Assembly (NCBI GenBank): GCA_965219685.1
Contig: CBDCOH010000002.1
Span: 896,001-960,000 of the forward strand
Length of the DNA stretch: 64,000 bases
Direction of reading: 5' to 3'
From: Candidatus Spongiisociaceae bacterium
GTDB lineage: Bacteria; Actinomycetota; Acidimicrobiia; Spongiisociales; Spongiisociaceae
Shown here piece by piece: positions 1 to 9,561 of the stretch. Both the position numbers and the translations under genes were made by a program. The notes beneath the pieces are model-generated. The model ran no database searches. It was not told where the DNA came from and saw only the letters and a program-made list of their open reading frames with translations. Position 1 is the first letter of the stretch; every line of letters begins with the position of its first letter.

Positions 1-1172
1 CGGACGGGCCCGTGGCTGCCTACGTATTCAAGACATCCGGAGATCAGTACGTGGGACGTGTCAACACCTTCAGGGTCTTCTCAGGTTCGTTTACGCCCGA
101 CACGGTGGTGGAGAAGGCCGACGGGTCGAAGTTGAAGATGGCGAACCTGTTCTCCATGCAGGGCAAGGAACACTCCCCGCTGGATTCGGTGACCACCGGG
201 TCGATCGCCTCGGTGGCGAAGCTGGATGCGCTGCGGCTCGGCGACACGGTTCGCTCGGTCGGCAGCAGCGTGGAGATAGTCCCGGTCGAGGTTCCCCGAC
301 CGGTTCACGAGGTGACGGTCTCGCCCCGGTCGACGCAGGACGAGGACAAGCTGTCGACGGCTCTCGCACGCGCCCAGGAGGAGGATCCCACCATCCTCGT
401 GGATCGCAGGGCCGAGACCAAGGAGACGGTGCTGGCCGGCCTCGGCGAGGCGCATGTCGGGGTCACCCTGGCGCGGGTCTCGCGCCGCTTCGGGGTGGAC
501 CTGGACATCGGCGTGCCTCGTATCCCCTATCGCGAGACCATCCAGGGGCGGGCGGACGTCGAGGGCAAGCACAAGAAGCAGTCGGGTGGGCGCGGCCAGT
601 TCGGTGTCGCCTACGTCAAGTTCGAGCCCAACGTCCGTGGGGAGGGGTACGAGTTCGTGGACCAGATCAAGGGAGGCTCCATTCCCCGCAACCTGATACC
701 CGCCGTCGACAAGGGCATCCGCCAGGCCCTGGAACGGGGAATCCTGGCCGGTTACCCGGCGATAGACATCCGCGCCACCGTTTACGACGGGAAGTTCCAC
801 TCGGTCGACTCCGACGAGTTGAGCTTCCGCATGGCGGGGATCATGGCGGTGCGGGCCGCCGCGCCCCAGTTGCGCGCCACCATCCTCGAGCCGATCGCGG
901 TGGTCAACGTGCGTGTGCCGGAGGACTACATGGGCGATGTCCTGGGTGATATCAACGCCAAGCGGGGGCGGATCCTGGGGATGGACGCCGATGGCCGGAG
1001 CCGGGTACTGACCGCCGAGGTGCCGATGGCGGAGATGCAGCGTTACTCTGTCGACCTGAGATCGATGACGGGAGGGCGTGGATCGTTCGAGATCGAGTTC
1101 TCGCATTACGAACCGGCACCCCCCCAAGAGGTGCAGAAGGTCGTTGCGGCTGCCAAGTCGGACGACGACTAA
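1..1172 (+). CDS. Elongation factor G-like protein (EF-G2/FusA2 type), 5'-truncated by the window edge
   Basis: EF-G domains II-V: EEDPT, GLGEAH, PRIPYRET, KHKKQSGGRGQFG, DGKFHSVDSDE, LEP...GDINAKRG, LRSMTGGRG. The G-domain lies upstream of the window. No adjacent tuf/rpsG, which suggests a paralog. Confidence 0.9.
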   Translation, partial: DGPVAAYVFKTSGDQYVGRVNTFRVFSGSFTPDTVVEKADGSKLKMANLFSMQGKEHSPLDSVTTGSIASVAKLDALRLGDTVRSVGSSVEIVPVEVPRPVHEVTVSPRSTQDEDKLSTALARAQEEDPTILVDRRAETKETVLAGLGEAHVGVTLARVSRRFGVDLDIGVPRIPYRETIQGRADVEGKHKKQSGGRGQFGVAYVKFEPNVRGEGYEFVDQIKGGSIPRNLIPAVDKGIRQALERGILAGYPAIDIRATVYDGKFHSVDSDELSFRMAGIMAVRAAAPQLRATILEPIAVVNVRVPEDYMGDVLGDINAKRGRILGMDADGRSRVLTAEVPMAEMQRYSVDLRSMTGGRGSFEIEFSHYEPAPPQEVQKVVAAAKSDDD

Positions 1173-1198
1173 TCGAGTAGGAGGGTTGCCCGAAACTG

Positions 1199-2479
1199 AT
1201 GGATAGAGCGACGATCCAGGCCGACGACGGGGATCTCATCGACCTTCCGGTCGTCACCGGAACCGAAGGGGAGCGAGCCCTCGACATAGCACGGCTGCGC
1301 GGGACCACCGGACTGGTGACGCTGGATCCCGGATACGGGAACACCGCCGAGGCCACCAGCGCCATAACCTACATCAACGGAGAGGAGGGCATCCTTCGCT
1401 ACCGCGGCTACCCGGTGGACCAACTGGTGCGGGAGTCCTCGTTCCTGGAGGTCTGCTACCTGCTCGACCACGGCGAGTTGCCCTCGCGCACGGAGTTTGA
1501 CGCGTACGAGAGGGACATCCGCGGGCTGGCGGATCTGCCGTCGGGGATCGTCGAGGTGATCGGATCGTTCCCCGTCGATAGCCACCCGATGCAGAGGCTG
1601 GCATCCGCCATGGCGTTGCTGGGTTCCTACTTCCCGGTGGGCAGCGACCCCCTCGACTCGGAGGCAAACCAGTCGAGCATCGTCCGGCTGATCGCCGCGA
1701 TGCCGGCGCTCACCGCCTGGTCGTTCCGGAGCAGCCGGGGTATGCCGTATGTCGAGTCATGCCCCGAGCTGGGTTATAGCGCCAACTTCCTCAACATGAT
1801 GTTCGGACCGGAGGGTGAGGGGTTCGAGATCCTCGAGCCCCATATCCGGGCGATGGAGGCGTTGCTGCTCCTCCACGCCGACCATGGCCAGAACCTCTCC
1901 ACCTCCGCGGTCCGACTCGTCGGGTCCAGCCGCGCCGGCCTCTACTCAGCGATATCGGCGGGGATCCTCGCCCTGTCCGGCTCGCTTCACGGAGGAGCCA
2001 ACCAGAGGGTCATCGAGATGCTCGAGGACATCCGGGCCGCCGGCGGTGACACCCGTCTGTTCCTGGAGAGGGCCAAGGACCGGAGCGACCCCTTCCGCCT
2101 CATGGGATTCGGCCATCGCGTGTACCGGAACTTCGATCCCCGGGCGCAGTTGATCAAGGAGCATGCCAGAGGGTTGGTCGAGGAGCAGGGGAACCCCCTG
2201 CTGGAGATCGCGATGAGGCTGGAAGCCGAGGCGCTGGCGGATGACTTCTTCCTGGAGCGGAGGATCTACCCCAACGTCGACTTCTACTCGGGCATCATCT
2301 ACCGGGCCATCGGCTTTCACAGTGAGATGTTCACCGCCCTGTTCGCCCTCGGTCGGCTACCCGGCTGGTTGGCCCAGTGGAGGGAGATGATCGAGGACCC
2401 GAAGGCAAAGATAAAACGGCCGAGATCCATCTACACGGGCTACGCGAGTCGGGACTACGTACCGGTGGCGGATCGCTGA
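1199..2479 (+). CDS. gltA: Citrate synthase (type II-like)
   Basis: DPGYGNTA, GILRYRGY, HADH, HGGAN, LMGFGHRVY, YPNVDFYSG; SD AGGAG upstream. Confidence 0.95.
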   Translation: MDRATIQADDGDLIDLPVVTGTEGERALDIARLRGTTGLVTLDPGYGNTAEATSAITYINGEEGILRYRGYPVDQLVRESSFLEVCYLLDHGELPSRTEFDAYERDIRGLADLPSGIVEVIGSFPVDSHPMQRLASAMALLGSYFPVGSDPLDSEANQSSIVRLIAAMPALTAWSFRSSRGMPYVESCPELGYSANFLNMMFGPEGEGFEILEPHIRAMEALLLLHADHGQNLSTSAVRLVGSSRAGLYSAISAGILALSGSLHGGANQRVIEMLEDIRAAGGDTRLFLERAKDRSDPFRLMGFGHRVYRNFDPRAQLIKEHARGLVEEQGNPLLEIAMRLEAEALADDFFLERRIYPNVDFYSGIIYRAIGFHSEMFTALFALGRLPGWLAQWREMIEDPKAKIKRPRSIYTGYASRDYVPVADR

Positions 2480-2958
2480 TGGACGGGATCCGGATCCCGG
2501 AGGAGGTGGCGAAGGCCGAAGGCGTGCCCGAGGATCTGGATTCCGGCGTGCTGGGACCCTACCGTTTCCCCTCGCCGGTCCGCCGGCGAACCGCGGCGCT
2601 CGTCTACGTGGCCGGAGCCGTTCTGAGCGCGCTCGGCGCTCTGGCCGGGCTTCCCTCCGGGCTCTGGGCGATCTCGGCGGCGTTCCTCGTGGTGGCCTTC
2701 CTGCATGACCGTGCCGCCTGGCCGCTGGCGATCGAGCAGGAGGACGCGCTGACCACCGCTGCCGCCCAGGTTCCGTTCGCGGTCGGTCACGCGTCCGCCG
2801 CCCTCGGGTTCGTGGGTATGCGATCCCGCCCGGTGTGGAACGTGATCGTCTACTCGGTGGAGGAACCGCCCGCCCGGCGGGCGCTGGTACGTCTCGATGC
2901 CACGACCGGGACGAGACTCGACAGTCCCTACGTGGAGGAGATCGAACCGCCCGACTGA
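2479..2958 (+). CDS. Hypothetical membrane protein (2 predicted TM segments)
   Basis: ATG overlaps the gltA TGA (TGATG); hydrophobic stretches; high GC3 codon usage. Confidence 0.75.
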   Translation: MDGIRIPEEVAKAEGVPEDLDSGVLGPYRFPSPVRRRTAALVYVAGAVLSALGALAGLPSGLWAISAAFLVVAFLHDRAAWPLAIEQEDALTTAAAQVPFAVGHASAALGFVGMRSRPVWNVIVYSVEEPPARRALVRLDATTGTRLDSPYVEEIEPPD

Positions 2959-2967
2959 GCCGGGGCT

Positions 2968-3144
2968 GTCGGACACGGGGGTGCGAAACGCGCGCCCCGC
3001 GAAAACGCGCTCGTCGGCTCGACCCCTTCGGGCCCTCCCCCACGGCCACCACCAAGGGTCGGATCCACAGCCGGGCGTCGCTACCTTGCCGGCCCGAAGG
3101 GCCGGAAGCCCGCCCGGTTCTTCCCGTGTCGTCGGCTGTCCGAC
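2968..3144. other. Highly self-complementary intergenic element (candidate structured RNA or MITE-like repeat)
   Basis: Nested stems: GACACGGG 2972-2979 / CCCGTGTC 3123-3130; GGGGTGCG / CGCGCCCC 2978-2998; CGACCC(C)TT / AAGGGTCG 3020-3061; CCGGGCG / CGCCCGG 3071-3117; CCGGCCC-GAA-GGGCCGG 3089-3105. Confidence 0.4.
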
Positions 3145-3317
3145 CGGGTTCGACCTCGGGGACGCCGGGGTCCGATGATGATCGACGCATCCGGAGCTGC
3201 GGCGATGTATGTGCTCACGGCATCATTGATTGTGCAGCGGGGCTGTGACAAACGGCCACCACCCGCCGCAAGGTCGGAACCCGGTCCGGAGAATCCCGGG
3301 CCGTACGGTGGTCGGGA

Positions 3318-5249
3318 TCAGTGCGGCGGCCGGGCAGCCGAGGAGAGCTCTCCCAGCACCTCATCCAGCGGAACTCCCCGGCGGTCGCGTTTGGCTCCCC
3401 GGAGCCGTAGGCCGACCGTTCCGGAGTCGACGTCGTCGTCTCCGACCACCAGCACGGCAGGCACCTTCCGGGTTATCGCCCGGCGGACTTTCTCCCCGAG
3501 CTTGCCGGGTCCGGTCTCCCGTTCGACCCGCAGTCCCAGGTTCCTCAACGACTCCGCAACCCTGGTCGCGTAGGGTTCGTGGCGGTCGGCCACCGGTATC
3601 ACCACCGCCTGGACCGGCGAGAGCCACATCGGGAATGCACCGGCGTAGTGCTCGATCAGGACCCCCAGGAACCTCTCCACGGATCCGAACTTGGCGGAGT
3701 GGATCATCGCCGGGCGCTCGCGCGTGTCCCCCCGGGTGACGTACTCGAGGCCGAAGCGTTCCGGCAGGGAGAAATCCACCTGGATCGTGGACATCTGCCA
3801 GCGGCGCCCGATCGCGTCGCGGACGTGAACATCGATCTTGGGACCGTAGAAGGCGCCCTCCCCCTCGGCGACGGTGTGCGGAACGCCGACCGAGACGAGG
3901 GCGTCTCCGAGGGCCCGTTCGGCCAGTTCCCACAGGCCCAGGTCGCCGACCCACTTGTCCTCGGGCCGGGTGGCCAGTTCTGCCTCGAACTCCTCGAAGC
4001 CGAAGTCCCGCAGCAACTGGAGCACGAAGTCCAGGTGCAGCAGGAGCTCCGACGGCAGCTGCTCGTGTGTGCAGAAGGTGTGGGAGTCGTCCTGGGTGAA
4101 GCCGCGCGCCCGCAGCAGGCCGTGGACGACGCCCGACCGTTCGTAACGGTAGACGGCCCCCAACTCGGAGAGCCGCATCGGCAGTTCGCGGTACGAACGG
4201 GCCGAGGACCGGTAGATCAGGACGTGGAAGGGGCAGTTCATGGGTTTGACGCGGTACTCGTCGTGGCCGTCCATCTCCATCCCCGGGTACATGTTCTCCG
4301 CGTAGAACTCGAGATGGCCGGAGGTGTTCCAAAGTTCGGCTCTGGCCAGGTGGGGCGAGTTGACGAAGTCGAAGCCGAAGGCCTCGTGGACCCGACGGCT
4401 GTAGTCCTCGACCTGGCGGCGCAGCATCCCGCCGTTCGGGTGCCACACGGCCAGACCCGGTCCGAGGTCCTCGGGGAAGGAGAACAGGTCCAGTTCGCGT
4501 CCCAGCCGCCGGTGGTCACGCCGGGCCGCCTCCTCGATCCGGTGCAGGTAGGTCCTCAGGGCCTTCGCCGACTCCCATGCCGTGCCGTAGATGCGCTGGA
4601 GCTGGGGCCGATGCGCGTCGCCCCGCCAGTACGCGCCCGCCGTCCTCGTCAACTTGAACGCCTTCAGCCGGCCGGTGGACGGCAGGTGCGGGCCCCGGCA
4701 GAGGTCCACGAAGTCATCGTTGCGGTATACCGAGACCGCATCGGCGGACTCGACCTCGGACTCGTCCACGGACAGGATGATCTCGGTCTTGAAAGGATGG
4801 TCACGGAACAGTTCGAGGCCGGCCTCGACCGACAGTTCCTCCCGCACGAATGGCTGGTCGGCGCCGACTATCCGGTGCATCTCGGCTTCGATCCGCTCCA
4901 TGTCCTCGGGGGTGAACGGCCGGCCGATGTCGAAGTCGTAGTAGAAGCCGTCGGTTATGGAGGGCCCGATCGCGAAGGTGGAACCATCGAACAGCCGCAG
5001 CACCGCCTGCGCCAGGATGTGAGCGGCCGAGTGGCGCATGACCGCTCTCCCCTCCTCGGAGGAGTCGGTGATGACCGCGAACCGCCCCCCTCCCTCCAGC
5101 GGGCGGTCCAGATCCATCGATACACCTTCCACGGAGACGGCCACGGCCGCCTTCGCCAGCCGCCGACCGATCGACTCGGCGACCTGGCGCCCGGTTGTAC
5201 CGCGTTCGTGAAGGGATGTGGTGTTGTCGGGGAGGATCAACTCGATCAT
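3318..5249 (-). CDS. thrS: Threonine--tRNA ligase
   Basis: TGS domain, RHSAAH, DLCRGPH, RDHRRLG, KPMNCP, RGFTQDD, GAFYGPKID, anticodon-binding domain. Confidence 0.98.
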   Translation of the reverse strand: MIELILPDNTTSLHERGTTGRQVAESIGRRLAKAAVAVSVEGVSMDLDRPLEGGGRFAVITDSSEEGRAVMRHSAAHILAQAVLRLFDGSTFAIGPSITDGFYYDFDIGRPFTPEDMERIEAEMHRIVGADQPFVREELSVEAGLELFRDHPFKTEIILSVDESEVESADAVSVYRNDDFVDLCRGPHLPSTGRLKAFKLTRTAGAYWRGDAHRPQLQRIYGTAWESAKALRTYLHRIEEAARRDHRRLGRELDLFSFPEDLGPGLAVWHPNGGMLRRQVEDYSRRVHEAFGFDFVNSPHLARAELWNTSGHLEFYAENMYPGMEMDGHDEYRVKPMNCPFHVLIYRSSARSYRELPMRLSELGAVYRYERSGVVHGLLRARGFTQDDSHTFCTHEQLPSELLLHLDFVLQLLRDFGFEEFEAELATRPEDKWVGDLGLWELAERALGDALVSVGVPHTVAEGEGAFYGPKIDVHVRDAIGRRWQMSTIQVDFSLPERFGLEYVTRGDTRERPAMIHSAKFGSVERFLGVLIEHYAGAFPMWLSPVQAVVIPVADRHEPYATRVAESLRNLGLRVERETGPGKLGEKVRRAITRKVPAVLVVGDDDVDSGTVGLRLRGAKRDRRGVPLDEVLGELSSAARPPH

Positions 5250-5415
5250 CAACGTGGACTCTGGTCGAGGATGACCCCAATCGTAATCGCTCTCCGTTCT
5301 CCGTCAGTCAGCCGGCGTCCCTACCGAGTCCCCGCGGAAGGGCGGTCGCCGCTCCCGTCCCAGGGCCGCCGGGCGAACGTGGCCGGTTGCCGGACTCGGG
5401 TAGCCGGTCCGTGGT

Positions 5416-6300
5416 TCAGGGGCCAGCGGTCCAGCGGTAGGCGCGATCGGTGTGCTCGGTTACGAAACCCAGGGTCCGGTACAGCTGTATTGCTGCCTCG
5501 TTGGATGAGTCCACGTACAGAATGGCCCGGGTCGCGCCGCGGCGCCTGGCCAGGTACCGGAGCCCGTCGGAGGCCACGGCTCGGCCCAGACCGCGTCCCT
5601 GCACTGCAGGACTGACCGCTATTGCGTAGATCTCGCCCACCTTGTCCCCTTGCGAGGTCGCCTCGGGATGCAGTTTGGTCCAGTTGAACGCCACCATCCG
5701 ATCGGCCACCCAGGCCGTGCGGATGCCGGAGGGATCGAACCACGGCAGGGCCATCCGCTGTTCCAGATCCCGGGAAGTCCATCCCCCCTGTTCCGGGTGC
5801 CCGGCGAAGGCCAGGTTGTTCAGTTCGATGAGGGCGCCACGGTCACGTTCCGGATCGAAACCTCTGAGCAGCACGCCGTCGGGCGGGTCCGGGTCGAGTG
5901 CCACGGGCAGGTCCGCGGCCATGCGATGCAGGAGTCGCTCGGGCTTGACGAGGGCGGGTGGGGGCTCGACACAGGCCGAGTGGACCCAGAGCACGACCTC
6001 GCCGACTCCCCGGGCCGCCAGGAGGTCCAGGACCTTCCCCAGGAACCGACCGTAGTCCTCCGAACCGGCCGCTACCTCGAGTGTCCAGGTGCGGCGGTCG
6101 GGGTTGGGAACCGTGAAGCCGTACGCCGCCAACTCCCCTTCCCGCTCGCCCGCCACCCCGATGCCCGGGCCGTCCGGTTGTGCCATGGCCGACAGCAGTA
6201 CCTCGCCGAACGGCGGAACTCCCTGCAGGCCCTCCAGGCAGCCGATCAGGCGCCCGAGGTCGGGTCGCAGTTCCTGCGGCGCAGCGAAACGCAGTTCCAT
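5416..6300 (-). CDS. mshD: Mycothiol acetyltransferase (tandem GNAT)
   Basis: LNNLAFAGHPEQGGW, PWFDP, FNWTKLH, GEIYAIAV, QGRGLG, LYVDSSN..A..LY..LGF are MshD-type motifs. Confidence 0.9.
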   Translation of the reverse strand: MELRFAAPQELRPDLGRLIGCLEGLQGVPPFGEVLLSAMAQPDGPGIGVAGEREGELAAYGFTVPNPDRRTWTLEVAAGSEDYGRFLGKVLDLLAARGVGEVVLWVHSACVEPPPALVKPERLLHRMAADLPVALDPDPPDGVLLRGFDPERDRGALIELNNLAFAGHPEQGGWTSRDLEQRMALPWFDPSGIRTAWVADRMVAFNWTKLHPEATSQGDKVGEIYAIAVSPAVQGRGLGRAVASDGLRYLARRRGATRAILYVDSSNEAAIQLYRTLGFVTEHTDRAYRWTAGP

Positions 6301-6624
6301 GGGCAAAAGGGTACGCGAGCCGCCTCCCCGGCGAGTTCCGGACGACCCGCGCGGCGGCGTAGAGGGAGGGTCGACGATGGCGTTGGGGGCGTCCGCGCCT
6401 CGAAAGGTCCGTGATGGAGGGCCGTGCGGTCACTATCCTCGGTAGTCGACCGGAGACATGAGGGGCTTGGAGTGGCAGGCTCGGATCAAGACTTTCCCCA
6501 AGGCGAGGAATCCCGACCGGCAGGCAGCCGTCGTTCCTTCTTGCGCAGGGCGGAGCCGACCCCCGTGACCGAAGCCATGGTCACGCCCCGTACCCGTCCG
6601 GCAGAGTCCGAGGGGCGGCCGCCC

Positions 6625-7407
6625 ATGACCATCCGTTTCTGCCACTCCTGCGGTACGCGCACGGAGCCCGGTAGCTCTTACTGCCTCGCCTGCGGCGTTC
6701 GTTTCGGGGCCCCGGTCCGCGCCGGTGAGGCCACGCCAGCCCGTCCGGAGCACACCGCCCGAGCGCGGGCCGGCGATCCGCCGGTCGCGGGCGTCAGCGA
6801 ACCGCCCTCCCCCGGTTGGGACGGACAGGATGGCGTGGAGGATTTGGCCCAGTCCGGATCGAACACCCAGCGGGTGCTTCGATCAGCGCTCATCAGCATC
6901 CTGGTCGTCGCGGTTCTGGTAGTCGGGTACGGAACCCTGCGCAGCGGGGAAGAGCCGGCTCCGGCAGCGACCGAGGAGACGTCGCCCACCACAACCGAGC
7001 CTGACGCCGACTTGGAGTTCAGAGCGTATGCCGACCTGGTCGGGGTGCTCGGCGACGACGTGGCCGACCTTAGAGTGAGCGGTCGCCAGATCAACGACGA
7101 CTGGGACGGTCGGATCGCCGACTACGACACGACAGTCGGCCGCATGTCCTCGCTGATCTCGAGAGCGGGCCTTCTCCCCATCCGGTTCAACGGCTTCACC
7201 CGTCCCGCGGACGCCGATAGGTTGACCCACGAGCGCATGGCCGAGTCGCTGGAGACGCTGGTCTCGGCGGCGGAGGGCATGATGGCCGGTCTGGAGTCCA
7301 CGGACACGGGAGAGATACGCCTTGCGCAACTCGCTCGATTCGAGGCGGCCGCGGCGGAGTTCGGGTCGCTGGCGGACGAGGTCGAGCGCGCCACCGGCTC
7401 GCGTTAG
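6625..7407 (+). CDS. Zinc-ribbon domain membrane protein
   Basis: FCHSCG-x8-YCLACG, Pro-rich linker, one TM (LISILVVAVLVVGYG), helical C-terminal domain. The ORF is open from 6424, so the start could be earlier (e.g. GTG 6472). Confidence 0.75.
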   Translation: MTIRFCHSCGTRTEPGSSYCLACGVRFGAPVRAGEATPARPEHTARARAGDPPVAGVSEPPSPGWDGQDGVEDLAQSGSNTQRVLRSALISILVVAVLVVGYGTLRSGEEPAPAATEETSPTTTEPDADLEFRAYADLVGVLGDDVADLRVSGRQINDDWDGRIADYDTTVGRMSSLISRAGLLPIRFNGFTRPADADRLTHERMAESLETLVSAAEGMMAGLESTDTGEIRLAQLARFEAAAAEFGSLADEVERATGSR

Positions 7408-7536
7408 ACGAGTAGTTCCGGGCTATCCGGCTGAAGGATCACACTTGATCGTCCGTACGACGATGGACACCGCACCGTGACTGGAGCACGTCGGTCCCTC
7501 CTTCCGCTGGTCCCCCGTCGTCTGTTTTGTGAGGCC

Positions 7537-7564
7537 CCCTCGGAGCGACCGGACGCTCGGAGGG
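7537..7564. terminator. GC-rich hairpin between convergent genes
   Basis: CCCTCGGAGCG-accgga-CGCTCGGAGGG, one mismatch. Confidence 0.4.
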
Positions 7565-7595
7565 TGGCTCCGGAGGTTGCGGGCGGCAGCCCGGA

Positions 7596-8522
7596 CTACC
7601 GGGTCCGGACCCGACCTGCGCGACGGCGGCGGTGAAGGGCGGGAAGAGCCTCGCGGGCTCGGGCCTGGATCATGACCGCCGCCAGGATCATGAAACCCCC
7701 GACGATCGTGGTTGCCGCCATCGTCTCCCCGAACGCCCACCACACCCATAGCGGCGCGAATACCACCTCGGTCATGGCGATGAGGACCAACTCGCTGGCG
7801 CGGACATGGCGCGAACCGGCCGTGTACAGGGCCAGTCCCCCCGCCAGGGCCACCCCGCCGAGATAGAGCGCGACGAGGGCGTCACCGGCGCTGATCGTCG
7901 CTCCCCCTACCAGCGGACCGGTGACGACCAGGGTCACGACTCCCGAGAGCAGCACTGCCGGAAGCATGTCCGAGTTTCTCCCACGGCGTTGGAACACGGA
8001 GAAGGCTGCGAACCCGAGCGCACCGCACAAGGCGAGGATTATCCCGGCTACGTTCCCGGACACGGTCCCGGTATACGTCATGACGCCGAGGCCGGCGGCG
8101 GCTATACCCATTGTCCACCAGTTGGTTCTCGTGATGGGTTCCCGCAGCACCATCCAGCCGAGCGCCCCTGCCATCACCGGGGCGGCGCCGAGGATCAGGG
8201 TCGCCTCGGCCACCGTGGTGAGGGAGAGCGCATACACGAAGCTGATCGACGAGAACGAGAGGGCGGTGGCGCTGACCAACCCGTTGTAGCCGATGCGGGT
8301 GAGGTTCCGTGCGAAAGCGCCCGGATTGCGGGCGGCGATGAGCACTCCGAGCACCACGACCTGGGCGATGGCCCGGTAGAACAGGATTCTCCAGGTGCCG
8401 GCCTCGTCCATGAGCCGGACACCCAGGCCGAGGGTGCTCCATAGAAGTCCGGCGGTGGCCACCATCGCCACCCCCCGGGGCCGGGCGCCGAGGTTCCGGA
8501 TTGTCGGAGCCGACAGAGGCAC
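7596..8522 (-). CDS. DMT/EamA family transporter
   Basis: About 10 TM segments in two EamA repeats (LLWSTLG...FYR...TTVAEA...LREPI; E-VVFAPLWVWWAFGE). Start inferred at GTG 8522. Confidence 0.88.
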   Translation of the reverse strand: MPLSAPTIRNLGARPRGVAMVATAGLLWSTLGLGVRLMDEAGTWRILFYRAIAQVVVLGVLIAARNPGAFARNLTRIGYNGLVSATALSFSSISFVYALSLTTVAEATLILGAAPVMAGALGWMVLREPITRTNWWTMGIAAAGLGVMTYTGTVSGNVAGIILALCGALGFAAFSVFQRRGRNSDMLPAVLLSGVVTLVVTGPLVGGATISAGDALVALYLGGVALAGGLALYTAGSRHVRASELVLIAMTEVVFAPLWVWWAFGETMAATTIVGGFMILAAVMIQARAREALPALHRRRRAGRVRTR

Positions 8523-8536
8523 GGCTACCGGCCGGG

Positions 8537-9364
8537 CTACGCGCCGGGTCCGATGCGGGACCGGATCCAGGCCCCGATGTCCTCGACTATCTGCTCTCCG
8601 GCCGCTTCGTTGATCGAGGCATGGCGCAAGCGCGGGTACACCCTGCGCTCGACGCCGGGGAGTGCTCCGAGCCCTTCGCTCACCTGTGGAGGTACGAGGC
8701 TGTCGGCCCCGCCGTGGAGGACCAGGGTCGGTGCGTCGTACAGGTCCAGCGATCGTCCTACCCGTTCCATGCGGTCGAGAAGGATGTCCCCCAGGCGAAC
8801 GGTGGTCCGCCTGACGCACAGTGGGTCCCTGCGGTAGTGCTGCGCCACCTCTGGATCGATGAACAGTTCCACAGGGTTGATGGGATTGGCGAGGGTGAGA
8901 CGCGGTACCGATCCGGCGAGCAGGGGCGCCCCGATCCGTTTCCAGGCGGGAACGACCGCGTCCAGCGCGGGTGCGTTGAGCACGACCAGGTCCGGTTGCC
9001 GGTACCGGGAAAGCGTGTAGTCGACGACGATCAGGCCGCCGATGGAATGCCCGAGCAGTACGACCGGCAGGTTCCTTTCGAACAGAGGTACCAGATTGTC
9101 CAAGACCTGATGGAGGTAGGTCGACCAGTCCTGGATGTCGGCGCGGACCCCTCCGGACGCGCCGAACCCGACAAAGTCGAAGGCGTACGTGTCTATTCCC
9201 GCCGCGGCCAACCTCGAGCCGACCTGCTCATAGCGACCCGAGTGCTCGGCCAGGCCGTGGACTATGAGGAGCGTCGCCCATGGTTCGGAAGCTTGCCATC
9301 GACGGCGTAGCTCGGTTGTCCCGGCACGGGTCGTAACGATCTGCATGCTGCTGCTCGAGGTCAT
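8537..9364 (-). CDS. Alpha/beta hydrolase (monoacylglycerol lipase/lysophospholipase family)
   Basis: VHGLAEHSGRY, GFGAS, GHSIGG nucleophile, HGGAD, RH..INE. Confidence 0.92.
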   Translation of the reverse strand: MTSSSSMQIVTTRAGTTELRRRWQASEPWATLLIVHGLAEHSGRYEQVGSRLAAAGIDTYAFDFVGFGASGGVRADIQDWSTYLHQVLDNLVPLFERNLPVVLLGHSIGGLIVVDYTLSRYRQPDLVVLNAPALDAVVPAWKRIGAPLLAGSVPRLTLANPINPVELFIDPEVAQHYRRDPLCVRRTTVRLGDILLDRMERVGRSLDLYDAPTLVLHGGADSLVPPQVSEGLGALPGVERRVYPRLRHASINEAAGEQIVEDIGAWIRSRIGPGA

Positions 9365-9561
9365 GGAAGGTTCTCCCGCCGGGTGCCGGATCGGTACTTC
9401 GTACGTGCCTTCCTCCAAGTGTACGTCCTCCAAGGCACCAAAGGCTGGAGAGGGATGCGTTCCGGGTGATCCGTTCGGCGGTGAGGCCGCGCCCGGACTA
9501 GCCATCGATCTGCCGGTACAAATGCGCCGCTGCCCGCAAACCCGTCAGCCGGCGAGGCCGG

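Noticed and set aside
3579-5615. 678-aa plus-strand ORF, and similar long ORFs such as 17331-18917, 24366-25769, 40622-42382, 56842-58548 and 59383-60684
   Set aside because: Antisense shadows of well-supported genes; expected in high-GC DNA and carrying no recognisable motifs.
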